64,000 nt of DNA from a virus. This document shows positions 48,501 to 56,689 of the stretch, piece after piece; positions within the stretch are counted from its first letter, which is position 1; every line of letters starts with the position of its first letter. The notes below the pieces were generated by a model, which did not search any database, was not told the origin of the DNA, and saw only the letters and a list, made by a program, of their open reading frames with translations. Both the position numbers and the translations under genes were made by a program. The stretch spans positions 32,001-96,000 of IMG/VR virus record IMGVR_UViG_3300009506_000001. The stretch is one strand, 5' to 3'.

Positions 48501-48608
48501 ACTGCGGCACTGCCATACCAGCACCGATATGCAGATTTGTTTAAGACATCTTTCATCGCATTGCATGGTATTAGAATTTTGGAAACATCAGGACTGTTTG
48601 ATGATTAA
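39558..48608 (+). CDS. Giant 3016-aa baseplate/tail structural protein (gp7-like wedge with many inserted domains)
   Basis: FNWAPPIDFDKLINYRNYYW, YPLFDLFD, PHFEPW; Trp-rich repeats; late promoter at 39522-39529. Confidence 0.75.
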   Translation: MTDNSDYTKPRTNLYDLLPEVYKSGVNRSVLEASINRFLTKSQTDRVIGYIGQGNPNAAINRQIAEPTPQRQAYQLQPMIYSKIGTVEHMASFKDIENELTRLGVDPLLMQEWGDALAFNWAPPIDFDKLINYRNYYWYNEEDPTEDPQYLTIRSDCVRAQAALDEYNLLLDTIGALHAIVGLDAMNHTISIATDLTGTFTEGFIFYVKNSTNSTINAEFYTVVSSAYNAGSDATVITVNVSGSPVFDDSIIDGDVSLEEGVNIYEAARDCFCAGEVGWSGGLWDDNQVGTVIWNTQLILSISYPNEAAWLAAHCPGSPTCPEETNLWYDTSTDELKQYNGSAWVVVQRNFGSILAVTTGGNTWDYSKQCHFASNDWITQNKWLHQNQVPNFSIAKQAQIPIIEFISTIELNAWTKITYIWQYRPASTEPWESAAVARPNLFELIGVDTYTIDVGLQEIVFDARYGDLTPFLEAGTEIILDGTTDNDGTYTIDYSFFCEEVAGQKYQTRIRLVETLTSTTADGIITPAYTSRGDAYEGVHVHWSFVQEDEAFPTVYIPLNPMLELPTNPPLPAVADTYWQYTLGLFAEEILATTKSLGTLTIIGASSGSPTYWEIAGDHTAAFSDPNLIGVGGTITVSGNLGGGNTDYTITSVSLVGGNTRIGVAGSIPAAAVAATTKGELFAHWTFTFDSSLRDETLEGTNDLRVYIEDTRQYGNYDEIAVTGSPTPDCSYVGGILIRAPLEQYQMLRVEVGAAACCDIGYNWVGVRTNTDDGSFNPATDLECVSLVQFKKLEQVKSETNQYPLFDLFDVEGNPLNVASRIFAFQESQSYPVNTLVNKRIVTSSDGRDYYFEQYLTPEDNGVLYAYREASNSFWYDSDNEILYQWKNGTWNPKIVTTDFSTSSTTACYVAPVVSNMVPGSPYIDVDGMLWFNTNNNSVYVSDGSSWTLNSLITADVVISDADPGLNSIWRTGPTDTSCADSETYVPEWVDGDRNPLTVGDPNGDWEIPDQLYFNPLHENRKVLSYTDLYTHFTSVINAQDVPPGFLGTPAEMFHAILDVNYGAGGTMKEYNNSYDTFLSSIFNQTVNPVELYEFAHDAYENAISQLKEYFRRDASVTMVDTTPSTVADLSTALTDAILFLYESNDIASLVYGDTTAYNATTGLGVKNWPATLPFFDMVYKVEPQQIYDPTIGLNEILHHDGHYSHIEFNPTTIETANRRIISTTDTRSSNPTGKMGAAVASTPPDSFLAYQTMFGNTSALYWYDTSNSRNRIMYRMSAVAVGEIAPAIDLAEGAFWYDTAVNQLKILQSGSWVNDPSVGPGYLSDISNGYYGAWELIDFNKLFSDVIYNTETRLWEAAPEDPTLVFDFDTTFAEDPVLTDQLFEEQFASFVSQAEILDPYANEEYMSDDPYTWNYKTATVSGSPPSLMPQVGASYVSGGDWRDVYQKQLGTPYPHFEPWVLQGYYTKPDWWDTSYPAVAGRRWSSAMWTNIVSGIVPAGELLADGSVSTGVAGEATQYNYIPVNMDTGVVKDGAGNTYSPDALLPPVTILPITKGGIPSIYPIRSIWTAYAQVPNAADDYNYDDAGTVEWAWENSSQYLYDSLKVAFKIQPIRFIHSTLGIDFVYVGCLNVDQNTQKVYAHQNTLFHGDLQPDNTIFRVPGTLQWYTNYNRASGYDISSSNFRRMWSGWDTYLSYQFSTVIDTTSLILSSTIFDVVEEDYQVTLKRSPGIEDHTVDALKVSILKSPPTLINQDTQSQWTFNVSSYSPTGRPMPYYGSQTYNFTVDIGTDVLTLTDVYGRTAPWTDGQAVYLSSTEFLPSPLLADTPYYVTKVAANQYTLSTSPGGPIVDILSAGTGTQSIFQVQSTFTALEGATTSANWYHVELDTDLVLTATPPTQINGFQNLISFIDGYAAYAAEVDNFRFNHAVTDIDAATGKVTNWQLEEERLINWAYSSRKAERFRRDQYPVTALASTDTFTYSEQAPGGWTTGTVVDVFTEGTLPQPLVPNTTYYIIQDTSSTFKLAITSRNARNGIAIDLLTDGVGDLYVRAALSAQTAPTFEVNPFKYNLWIATPEGIVSDLVKGPFADVRTNQLLLDQYGTQLPSSDVLPLREDQLTRINVQEGIENTVSPIAPPGFELYNNLHLTSAHIYIDGYEHVILFQDYAATGNVIYDSFLGLNTAKFDIQMDRSTEFSFRPNLGGFVLVDNSNTTGRSRFSRNIEGQVDDLRYAYDTYRTVESNRIVAEARASLGYDGARDYLNAININPKSQFIFWRGMIQQKGSVNSVKAFINSRRFVDAKIDEYWARKIADFGNANEYTLPEVQLFASDGNLTELRLEFVDPNETASTGFIGISNNDQDRWYEYPNQKEFFDANGNMYFNAEATSLDDSPSFVLFGGHYYYETPEICDTVVATYYNFDGSPHTDQTERLIEGVDYIRVNSRLIDFGTTNPTTVWPNLKVYTINPAEQRHNPAKVRDAVDDLTLTNVIIWDPARGHHYPQAIQLVDVTGPSDPALIQYGYSDSIDPAQTAVGSPASQYPYGSNAVNTTWLDSSLLAFVPYSDTAVFTDTFERLRRWGKLADFGDYKMYQWTESDVPPSEYNAIAEEQEGDITIAESQRVNGRVREVVYEGDGGSPIGWTEYPFEVEEYASRIVYGAPSFTISSAHPATLYVNGLLVGTFTSSAAISAEISGLDYTDADHIHVAKYYPTDADIDDITWKKDTPYTTEQKVIDGEPVTKYYFWVGEKTVRQTYRNKAVTMVEAQIQLNKVPVPYVIVQNIDTAGSPTPSVVIPRRYTQAIIRGLSAYVNADDRYTLRFTRDFTYRDNLSTTDPLYGPDSIQNRHQEWSIFRQEQQYSIDRDLWNILTESIIGQTLASLGGTAVRVPSLNKELYDDENDTSTRIGFGDGQAFCDGASGWEAILSYLQDGSNDFAPIDINTFFDTWDPLSLTPRDSTDAQTIADMMDDIYNTFTYENVNRMWFSALLTAALPYQHRYADLFKTSFIALHGIRILETSGLFDD

Positions 48609-48619
48609 TGGAGAGATAA

Positions 48620-49726
48620 ATGGTAACTACAATTGATCCAGTAGCCGGGTTAGTTTCTTATGTAGAAGAAATCAAACCTTACCACTCAAAAATTATTGAG
48701 GTATTAGTTGAGTACATCCACACGGACTGTATTGATGTTACTATCACTGAAGACTTTGAGTTGGCACTGGGTGTTCCAGCAGATGTCTCGGCCTGGGGTT
48801 GGACCGAAGAAGAAGCTAACCGAATGTTCAATGACAACTGGACAAACTACCAGTTATCAGGAGCAAGTTCATCCGGTGGTTATTGGGAGATTAATGGAAA
48901 GTTTGACGCTGACTTTGTGCTCGGTGACAAAATCCTAATCAAGAATGAATACGGTTTTCGTGAGTACACCGTTACTAGTGCACTAGCATTAACAGCATCG
49001 GTGAATGGTACAACGGTTTACACAACACGTATCTACGTATCTGAAACGATTCCAGCTTCTGTGGATGCCACCATTGGTTCTCCACCACAACAAGTTCCTA
49101 TTGCGGGTGCAATTTTTCATTCAACTGCATATGCCTACGACGCTAATATAAACACTTATACATTGAAAGCTGGGCTTGTGTTTCCATCCCCTGCTGGAGT
49201 CGAGGAGCATGCCAACTGTGGTGGTTTTGGTACACAATTTGAAAGCGTGCTTCAGTCTGCAGCATTGGTTCCAAATTCCATTTTGGCCATCAATGCGGGC
49301 CTACGATATTTTGAGATAAGCAACACCCTTGCCGCACCAATATCGGGTGCCAGTACATGGGCAGATATCTTGAAGTATGGTGTGAAGTTTAACGTGTCCG
49401 GCACCGCCAGTGACGGCGAGTATACGGCATTTCTATCCGTTCCAAGTGGAGGCTCTCCGGATATCCTGAGAGTGTATGTACTCGAGGCAATCGCCTCCTC
49501 TGCGGGTGCAGGTGGCACTTTAACGGTACGAGAGTGGGGCTATGACGAACCGGACGTTTGCACAAATCAGGGCCAGTCGCTTGCTTTGGAATCCCGTGTT
49601 AGCGAAGTGGCCTCCATTGAGATAAACGACGTTTATTATAACTTCCTACATGGGTGGGATATGGGTCACTGGGACCTGGGTGGGTATGATGGTGGACCGT
49701 TCACTGTTATCATAACGTCCACCTAA
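48620..49726 (+). CDS. Baseplate structural protein
   Basis: YVEEIKPYHSKI motif; GWD..WD..GYD tail; operonic. Confidence 0.65.
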   Translation: MVTTIDPVAGLVSYVEEIKPYHSKIIEVLVEYIHTDCIDVTITEDFELALGVPADVSAWGWTEEEANRMFNDNWTNYQLSGASSSGGYWEINGKFDADFVLGDKILIKNEYGFREYTVTSALALTASVNGTTVYTTRIYVSETIPASVDATIGSPPQQVPIAGAIFHSTAYAYDANINTYTLKAGLVFPSPAGVEEHANCGGFGTQFESVLQSAALVPNSILAINAGLRYFEISNTLAAPISGASTWADILKYGVKFNVSGTASDGEYTAFLSVPSGGSPDILRVYVLEAIASSAGAGGTLTVREWGYDEPDVCTNQGQSLALESRVSEVASIEINDVYYNFLHGWDMGHWDLGGYDGGPFTVIITST

Positions 49727-49747
49727 ATATAGCGATAGGAAGGGCAC

Positions 49748-50728
49748 ATGGCACGAATCAATTTCAGACAGGGCATAGTACGAACTCATGCAACAGCGTT
49801 ACAGTTTACAGCTGGGAACACTGTTATTCTTTTGGATGGACAGACCGCCCCTGTTGTGCTTAACTTTGCTGATGGCCCAAATGATGACTACCTATGGGAA
49901 GAAGCTCTGCTAGTTGATCCAGCTTGGACCGATTTACCATCGGCAAATGAGTATTGGTTGTACATTGACATTGATAAGATGACGGCTGAGCGTACCTTTG
50001 GTACAACCATCTACCAGCCACTTGATCAGCCAAACACACCAAGCAACCCTGCTGTTGGTCAGCATTGGTTTGATACAAGATCCACCCAGACTGTGATGAA
50101 GGTCTGGGCAGGTTCAAGGTGGACAGAAAAAGTTCGTATGTTTGTGGCAAAGGTTAGTGGTTTAACTATCTTCCCATACAGCACGGGCACACAAGCAGGA
50201 TTAAATGATAGTGTTCTATCAGGTCGTATTCTCTATGACGACGAAAACAGAACACAACCTATCAAGAAATATGATAGACGAGGACAAGGAAAATTCATTA
50301 CAACTGAGTCTGTGATTTTTTCACAGTTCTCAAACATAACAGGCTTTAAGGTTGCTCAGGGACTCGTAGAAGGTCAAGCAATTGAAAACATTCCGCAATA
50401 TTACGCAGTCGCTCTTAGAGGAGGTGAATACAAGATCGGACTGGCAAAAAACGGAACGAGTGGTGGAGCACAGCCAGGACCTTATCCAGCAATTGGTATT
50501 GCTACGGAAGATTTTGTTACAGGCGAGACGCATACGTATGCGGCAAATGGTTATATCACCGACGACAATTTCAATTGGATAGAGGACCCTGGTACATATA
50601 TTTTTGTGGGACCGACGGGGCAGTTAACAACAAGTGTACCACAATCAGGATCACTTCAGCGTGTTGGGGTTGTTATCAATACGTATACGATCCAGATCGA
50701 CATACAACCAATTATAATTTACGGATAA
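49748..50728 (+). CDS. Virion structural protein
   Basis: GQHWFDT Trp repeat; C-terminal IGIATE...GTYIFVGPTGQLT cement-like module. Confidence 0.65.
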   Translation: MARINFRQGIVRTHATALQFTAGNTVILLDGQTAPVVLNFADGPNDDYLWEEALLVDPAWTDLPSANEYWLYIDIDKMTAERTFGTTIYQPLDQPNTPSNPAVGQHWFDTRSTQTVMKVWAGSRWTEKVRMFVAKVSGLTIFPYSTGTQAGLNDSVLSGRILYDDENRTQPIKKYDRRGQGKFITTESVIFSQFSNITGFKVAQGLVEGQAIENIPQYYAVALRGGEYKIGLAKNGTSGGAQPGPYPAIGIATEDFVTGETHTYAANGYITDDNFNWIEDPGTYIFVGPTGQLTTSVPQSGSLQRVGVVINTYTIQIDIQPIIIYG

Positions 50729-50731
50729 GCC

Positions 50732-51034
50732 ATGGCTAACTATGTAGACTTACTACTTGATAAAGACACTGGTAAAATAGTTGCCAAGGGTGGTGTCACT
50801 GGTGGTAGTGGTGGTGGTTCTGGTAAGGGATACCTCTATGAACAACTGGTAGCCGCAACGACATGGACAATAACACACGGACTTGCCTCTGACCAAGTTC
50901 TTGTGCAAGTCTACGATGAAGTTGGAGAAATGGTACTTCCCGACTCCATTGAGATCACAGATACAACAACCGTTACAATTACATTTCTTGATGCGATGGC
51001 TGGAACGGCTCATTTGATATTCTTTACGGTTTAA
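50732..51034 (+). CDS. Small virion protein with a W-x-I-x-H-x-L beta domain
   Basis: TTWTITHGL...VQVYD...P..I...TVTITF. Confidence 0.7.
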   Translation: MANYVDLLLDKDTGKIVAKGGVTGGSGGGSGKGYLYEQLVAATTWTITHGLASDQVLVQVYDEVGEMVLPDSIEITDTTTVTITFLDAMAGTAHLIFFTV

Positions 51035-51036
51035 TC

Positions 51037-52848
51037 ATGCAGATTAATGGCAATCTAAAATTTAGAACATTAGGCAAAGGTGAGTTGCAAAATGCAATCA
51101 TTGAACGCCTTGCATCTGCCCCAATAGGTGAACCGGGACGAATTTACTTCAATACGACCGATAATTTCTACTACTTCTTTGGTGCAGGTTCCCCAGCCGT
51201 ATGGGAAAAGATTGCACCAGGTTCTATTGCTAGTAACTTATTATTGGCGATGGGCTACGTAAATGTCGATGGTACATTCAATGCAAGTACATTTTCAACA
51301 TTCGCCGTTATTGGTTCACCAATCTCAAACCTAGTTGACGTACTACAGGCACTCGATTCACAATTCTGCCCTGCACTTTTGGATTTCTGCACTGTGGGAG
51401 CAACAACAGCAGCAGATCAGTTCTACTACAGTACCGCAGCTGGAACACTTGCTTTAGGAACAATAACAGCCGCAGGTCGTGCACTTGTTGACGACGCTGA
51501 CGCTGCCACGCAGCGTACGACACTGGGACTTGTTGCAGGAGGTGCAGGGGACATTTGGGTTGAGAAGGCTGGTGATACAATGACTGGTGTTCTATCGATG
51601 TCAACAGGCACATATATCACCATTCCTGATTTGCCCGCAAATCCAACCGATGCAACCAACAAAAACTATGTTGACCAGATTGCTTCTAGTATTCGTTGGC
51701 GTGAACCAGTTCAAGATCCAGATCTAGTAGATATTGTTTCAGCTGAACCGGTAGCTGATGTAACCGCAGTTGGTGATACTGTTACGTATATTAAGTGGGG
51801 TGGAACACAAGGTGAAATGTGGGGAGTTGGTTCTCCAGGTTCCGTTACAAATGTTGTAAATGGAGACATCCTTACATATAAACTTACAGATGCTGGAAGC
51901 CCGTTAGCTGGCACATGGGTCCGTATAGGAACTTTGGTAGCGGGCTCCCGTTTTATTATTGCTGCGGAGCATGGTCATATTCATTCGAGCCTCGCATTGC
52001 TTGGTTTCAACAACTATGATCTTATTGAATATGTAGATGGTGGTGGCTCACCAGGAACAAATCCTTACACAGCTGGTGCATGGACTCGTCCGGAGGGACT
52101 TGCAAATGTGGGTTCACCATCTCCAATAGATGGTTCACCAAACAACGAAATTCCTAATGGTACAACCGTACTGTGTAGTAACAGTCTTTCTTACCATGCT
52201 GGACATTCGTACTCCTATGACAGAATATCGGCTTCATGGATTGAAATATCAGGCCCAGGTGCTGTTCAGGCAGGCACTGGACTATCTTACAGTGGAAATA
52301 TTTTAAATGTAAACCTTGGTGCTGGTATTATTGAGTCACCAGCAGATGAAGTTGGTATTGATCTTTATGATACCGTAACAGGTGCAATTATTTTAACGAC
52401 AGATGGGACAACACGTTCAACAGCTGCAAATTCACAACTGCAACTACTGCTAACTCCATCGGGTGGATTGGTGCAGGATGCAACAGGCCTATCAGTTGAT
52501 CTTGCACTTGGTGGTTTGAATAATGTTACCGATACAGGTGCAGCCGCAGGCAATGTTCCAGTTGTATCAGACGGTAGCCCACTAGCATACACAGCTCAAG
52601 CACTACAGTTTAACTATGACTCGACCCTACACGGCGGTGCTGCAACAAGCCACACCATAACGCATAATTTGGGTCAGCAATTTGTGAATCCAACAGTATA
52701 CCTGCAGGACAGCAGCCCTCTGACATACAGACAAATTATTCCACAGAGTGTTACGTTGGATAGTGTAAACCAGCTAACTGTTACGTTTAACAAGGCAATC
52801 AACTGTGTGGTTGTGGTAATGGGTGTTCCAGGGGTGGGCCTAGCATAG
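51037..52848 (+). CDS. Tail-fibre-like virion protein
   Basis: KAGDTMTG, DATNKNYVD, AGTGL fibre motifs; C-terminal THNLG domain. Confidence 0.75.
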   Translation: MQINGNLKFRTLGKGELQNAIIERLASAPIGEPGRIYFNTTDNFYYFFGAGSPAVWEKIAPGSIASNLLLAMGYVNVDGTFNASTFSTFAVIGSPISNLVDVLQALDSQFCPALLDFCTVGATTAADQFYYSTAAGTLALGTITAAGRALVDDADAATQRTTLGLVAGGAGDIWVEKAGDTMTGVLSMSTGTYITIPDLPANPTDATNKNYVDQIASSIRWREPVQDPDLVDIVSAEPVADVTAVGDTVTYIKWGGTQGEMWGVGSPGSVTNVVNGDILTYKLTDAGSPLAGTWVRIGTLVAGSRFIIAAEHGHIHSSLALLGFNNYDLIEYVDGGGSPGTNPYTAGAWTRPEGLANVGSPSPIDGSPNNEIPNGTTVLCSNSLSYHAGHSYSYDRISASWIEISGPGAVQAGTGLSYSGNILNVNLGAGIIESPADEVGIDLYDTVTGAIILTTDGTTRSTAANSQLQLLLTPSGGLVQDATGLSVDLALGGLNNVTDTGAAAGNVPVVSDGSPLAYTAQALQFNYDSTLHGGAATSHTITHNLGQQFVNPTVYLQDSSPLTYRQIIPQSVTLDSVNQLTVTFNKAINCVVVVMGVPGVGLA

Positions 52849-52861
52849 GATAAATATTAAG

Positions 52862-53524
52862 ATGGAAATATATGGTGACTTAAATTTTAAGGAGGTGGGA
52901 CAGTTAGTTGCAGCTGCACTTCAAGAAGAGAGCATGGCTCAGTTCCCAGATGCTGTTGCAAGCTTTGCTGTGGGTGCAATTAAGCAAGGTCGCCTTGCCT
53001 TCTTCAACAACCGTGTATGGATTGCAGTAATACTTACGGCAAATGGAAGTCCAGTTGAAGAAATAGCAACCTGGGTTCCAATCACCAATGAAATAAATGC
53101 ACACGTACATACACAGCCAGTAGCATCAACCCTGTGGACCGTTTCACACAATCTTATTGCTGGTACCCCTGCAGTTCAGGTCTATGACAATACTAATGAA
53201 ATGGTTATTCCAACAAACATAATTCCAATTGATAGCAACACAGTATCGATAGAATTTGATACACCTGTTTCTGGTCGTGCTATTGTGTTGAAAGGAATAT
53301 TTGATGGTAATCAACCTCAAGCACAGCTTTTTGCGTTTGAGGAAACAATCTCTGTAGCATCTAATACTTGGGTAATTGGTCATGGCCTAGGACGGTATCC
53401 AATCGTACGTGTATTCCTTGATACAAATGAAGAAATACAACCAGCATCAATTGTTCACGATAGTTTGATGCAAGTAACAATAACATTTAGCTCTGCACAA
53501 GTAGGTACAGTAAGGTTAGTATAA
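52862..53524 (+). CDS. Virion protein with two H-x-L beta domains
   Basis: WTVSHNL... and WVIGHGLG...; TAAATA at 52851. Confidence 0.7.
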   Translation: MEIYGDLNFKEVGQLVAAALQEESMAQFPDAVASFAVGAIKQGRLAFFNNRVWIAVILTANGSPVEEIATWVPITNEINAHVHTQPVASTLWTVSHNLIAGTPAVQVYDNTNEMVIPTNIIPIDSNTVSIEFDTPVSGRAIVLKGIFDGNQPQAQLFAFEETISVASNTWVIGHGLGRYPIVRVFLDTNEEIQPASIVHDSLMQVTITFSSAQVGTVRLV

Positions 53525-53745
53525 TGCCACAGATTACTATTACAAAAGCATATACGGAAACCTTTGCAGCTTCTACAACTTGGGTTGTTCAGCATCGCCT
53601 GGGCACTATTGCTCCTGTTGTGGATTGTTGGTCAGGTGGTAGTCCAGATGAAAAGATGATGCCAGTTTCGGTTGTTGCAAATTCACCAAGCAAAGTGACG
53701 ATTACTTGGTCTGTACCAACAACAGGAAGGGTATATGTGGTTTAA
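53524..53745 (+). CDS. Small virion protein (single H-x-LG domain)
   Basis: TTWVVQHRLG...; coupled to the upstream stop. Confidence 0.7.
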   Translation: MPQITITKAYTETFAASTTWVVQHRLGTIAPVVDCWSGGSPDEKMMPVSVVANSPSKVTITWSVPTTGRVYVV

Positions 53746-53754
53746 GGATTTGAC

Positions 53755-53985
53755 ATGGTAGCAGGATACGATCATACACAGTCATCACCATCCACAACGT
53801 GGACGATTACGCACTCATTGGGGACAACTAATGTTGCAATCGATGCCATTTTGTCATACAATGGCTCGCCTGCCACAGTAGAAAAAGTTATTCCACTGCA
53901 TTTTATTGTGGTGGATGCAAATACAATTAAGGTTTTATTTTCAGCGGCTCAGAAGGGATATGCAAGAGTTGTTGGTGGGGTTTAA
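53755..53985 (+). CDS. Small virion protein (single H-x-LG domain)
   Basis: TTWTITHSLG...; AAGGA RBS. Confidence 0.7.
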   Translation: MVAGYDHTQSSPSTTWTITHSLGTTNVAIDAILSYNGSPATVEKVIPLHFIVVDANTIKVLFSAAQKGYARVVGGV

Positions 53986-53999
53986 CGGAGGAAAGGATA

Positions 54000-54437
54000 A
54001 TGCTTTTTGATACAATTACGTACATAACTGGTGCCGATCACAACTACGATCTTGCAGGTAGTACGCTGCAGACGCCAACAGCTGGTAGTACAATAATGCG
54101 AATAACAGCTATACGAGCATTCTTGTTACCACAGAATCTTGTTGGTAGCGCAATCGATGCCCAAACAGGACCATCGTCCCCTGCTGGTTCGCCAATTAGC
54201 AACCTTGCTGTTGACATTCGTGTAAATGGTATTTCACAAGGAATATTCTCATTTACGGGCGTTGTTGGTAGTCCAATTCCAGCACTGAGTTCACTAATGT
54301 CGGCCGCAGATAGCATCACAGGAACATTGGCGTCAGGAGATGTTAGTGTTGCGGTTGGTGATATTGTGGAAATGGTGCTGAATACTGTTGCTAGTGCAGA
54401 TGCGATTTCGGTCACAATCAAGACTTTAGCTGCGTAA
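54000..54437 (+). CDS. Putative virion protein
   Basis: GGAGG RBS; beta-rich; operonic. Confidence 0.65.
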   Translation: MLFDTITYITGADHNYDLAGSTLQTPTAGSTIMRITAIRAFLLPQNLVGSAIDAQTGPSSPAGSPISNLAVDIRVNGISQGIFSFTGVVGSPIPALSSLMSAADSITGTLASGDVSVAVGDIVEMVLNTVASADAISVTIKTLAA

Positions 54438-54482
54438 ACCTCCTGGCATAAATACATAAAATACAGTTTAGGAGCTGATCAA

Positions 54483-55649
54483 ATGAAAGAAAGTTTACCG
54501 ATCGTCGTTGAGGGTCATGTTCACATCGAAGACGACCTTGGAAATGTCCTTTTGGACAAGAAGAATGCTGTGCATCCGCAGAATTTGGCCCGTGTCATAT
54601 CCCGTGCTCTTTCCAATGAAAGCAACTATTTCATCTATCGAATAGCATATGGAAATGGTGGAACCGTCGTTGATCCAACAGGTCTGGTCAACTTCAAGAC
54701 CCCAAACGATGGGCTTCCACCAGATCTTCAGGAATGGCGTTCCCGTTTGTACAATGAGACGTATTCGGAAATCATCGATGACAGCAATTCTAATATTGGT
54801 ATTGATCCAGGCTCCATTGGTACCTCTGTTTCCCGTCCAGGTGGTGGTTCAAACCCAGATGGCGATCCAGCAACAGTTACTCACGTTTCTGGCCCAGGTG
54901 TTCGTAGCCAAGAATTGGGTGTTCTATCACAGGTAGTTATTGCATCTACAATCAACCCAACAGAGCCAACAGGGCAGATTAGCTCCGACCTAGATCCAAA
55001 CCCTGGCACATCCGGTGACGCTGTTGAGAACACAGATGGTACGTTTGTGTTTGATGAACTTGGTCTATATACGACAGGTGCAGGTGCATCGGACAGTAAT
55101 GCTTACCACCAGATTGATGTTGGAGACAAAACCGCCCAAGATGATACCGGTCTCGTAAGTGGTACTACATATGACTTCCAGTATGATGCTGGTGCTGGTA
55201 CTGTTGTTACATCTGTGACACCAATAGGCACAGGTGGTGGCTCTCCAGCAGTTGTTACCTACCAAGATTTGATTGATGCATTGAATGCAGTGCTTCCATC
55301 AGGCCCTTCTGGTGTTGTTGCCTCCATCACAAACAATGAAGTTATCCCAACAGTTAACACATTTGGTTATCTACAGTTCACCACAAATGCAACTGGAGCA
55401 AGTGCAACGATAACTGTGAATAACACAGGTGCAACTCCACTATTCACGGCCCTTGGGCAGACTACACCTCTGACCAACAACGCACCAGTTGCTGGTGAAG
55501 ATGCAGGTGTTCAGAATAATGCGACGGCCCCTGCAACAGAGCGTGAGCGTTTGCTAACACACGTTATCTTCTCACCTGTTTTGAAGTCTGCAAATAGAAC
55601 ACTATCGATTACATATACACTAACTGTAAGTGTTGCTCGATCCTCATGA
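54483..55649 (+). CDS. Baseplate protein (gp8-like) with an inserted domain
   Basis: GHVHI..KKNAVH, GNGGT, FVFDELGLY, LLTHVIFSPVLKSANR; late promoter at 54447-54454. Confidence 0.7.
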   Translation: MKESLPIVVEGHVHIEDDLGNVLLDKKNAVHPQNLARVISRALSNESNYFIYRIAYGNGGTVVDPTGLVNFKTPNDGLPPDLQEWRSRLYNETYSEIIDDSNSNIGIDPGSIGTSVSRPGGGSNPDGDPATVTHVSGPGVRSQELGVLSQVVIASTINPTEPTGQISSDLDPNPGTSGDAVENTDGTFVFDELGLYTTGAGASDSNAYHQIDVGDKTAQDDTGLVSGTTYDFQYDAGAGTVVTSVTPIGTGGGSPAVVTYQDLIDALNAVLPSGPSGVVASITNNEVIPTVNTFGYLQFTTNATGASATITVNNTGATPLFTALGQTTPLTNNAPVAGEDAGVQNNATAPATERERLLTHVIFSPVLKSANRTLSITYTLTVSVARSS

Positions 55650-56179
55650 CAGTATTAACGCTGCCATATGATCAAGCTCGTAGCTTAATCATTGACGGTG
55701 ATATTGTTTTCATTAAGGACAGCCCGAGTTGGGTAGGCAGTGTCATTCGCTTTTTCACCAAATCTAGATATTCCCATGTTGGTATTGCCTTTTGGATTAC
55801 TACGGGTGGTATAACACGGTTAATGATGGTTGAAGCACAGGGTGGAAGTCGTCGACGTATCGTAAATCTAAGCAAGTATGCTGGTGTGGAACTGGATATA
55901 ATGAAGGCACCAAAACCTTGGCCAGATGTTGCACCTCGTGCCTTGGAACACCTAAGTGATGTTCCGTATGGATATATGGAAGCAGCTTATATTGGAATAG
56001 TAGAGGCAATGCAACAGTATTTTGATGTTACACTTCCACGAAAGAATTTTAATGGTGAAATTTGTTCTGAATTTGTAGCCCGTGTTCTGGAGCTACCTTC
56101 CCAGCATGTTAGCCCACAAGCACTGATGGATCAGTTGGTTGAAATGGGCGTCAAGCCTGGCTTACTGGTGAGAGGGTAG
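55646..56179 (+). CDS. Permuted papain-like NlpC/P60 enzyme (YiiX/YaeF family)
   Basis: GDIVF...IRFFTKSRYSHVGI...EA...PY...CSEFVA (His before Cys). Confidence 0.85.
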   Translation: MTVLTLPYDQARSLIIDGDIVFIKDSPSWVGSVIRFFTKSRYSHVGIAFWITTGGITRLMMVEAQGGSRRRIVNLSKYAGVELDIMKAPKPWPDVAPRALEHLSDVPYGYMEAAYIGIVEAMQQYFDVTLPRKNFNGEICSEFVARVLELPSQHVSPQALMDQLVEMGVKPGLLVRG

Positions 56180-56217
56180 CCGAAACTACCCCCTCATTTC
56201 CCTGTAACTCCCGTCCC

Positions 56218-56613
56218 TTACTTCTTCGCAGGAGCTTTCTCAGCAGCAGGAGCATTGCGTGGAGCAATACGTGGTGCAGCAGCACCAATACGACCCATCT
56301 GAGGATTCATAACCTTACCACTTGGAGTTAGAACCTTAACATACTGGTGGAAATAGTCAAGTGAGTTTGCACCATTTCCAAGAGTAACATTGCTCATCAA
56401 ATCCCATAGCTCATACATGTGAGCGTTACGGTTGGTGATGATGCGGAACAAACGCTGCTTATCGATACCATCCATCTGGTCGAGACGGATGAAGTACAAG
56501 CCCGTGTTGGATTCCTTGACAACGGCAACCTCAGTGAGAATGCCCTGGCCTTCTAGATCTACCCAGCCAACATGTGGGTATTTTCCCTTGATTACATTAA
56601 TTGCTTCTGACAT
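56218..56613 (-). CDS. Hypothetical late protein
   Basis: Start at MSEAIN after an AGGAG RBS; TAAATA at 56658-56663. Confidence 0.7.
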   Translation of the reverse strand: MSEAINVIKGKYPHVGWVDLEGQGILTEVAVVKESNTGLYFIRLDQMDGIDKQRLFRIITNRNAHMYELWDLMSNVTLGNGANSLDYFHQYVKVLTPSGKVMNPQMGRIGAAAPRIAPRNAPAAEKAPAKK

Positions 56614-56689
56614 TTTGTGTCTCCTTTGGTTGCGAATTAACAGTTTTTTGTTACCATTATTTAGAGACCGCAAAAGGAGGGGTTACCAA

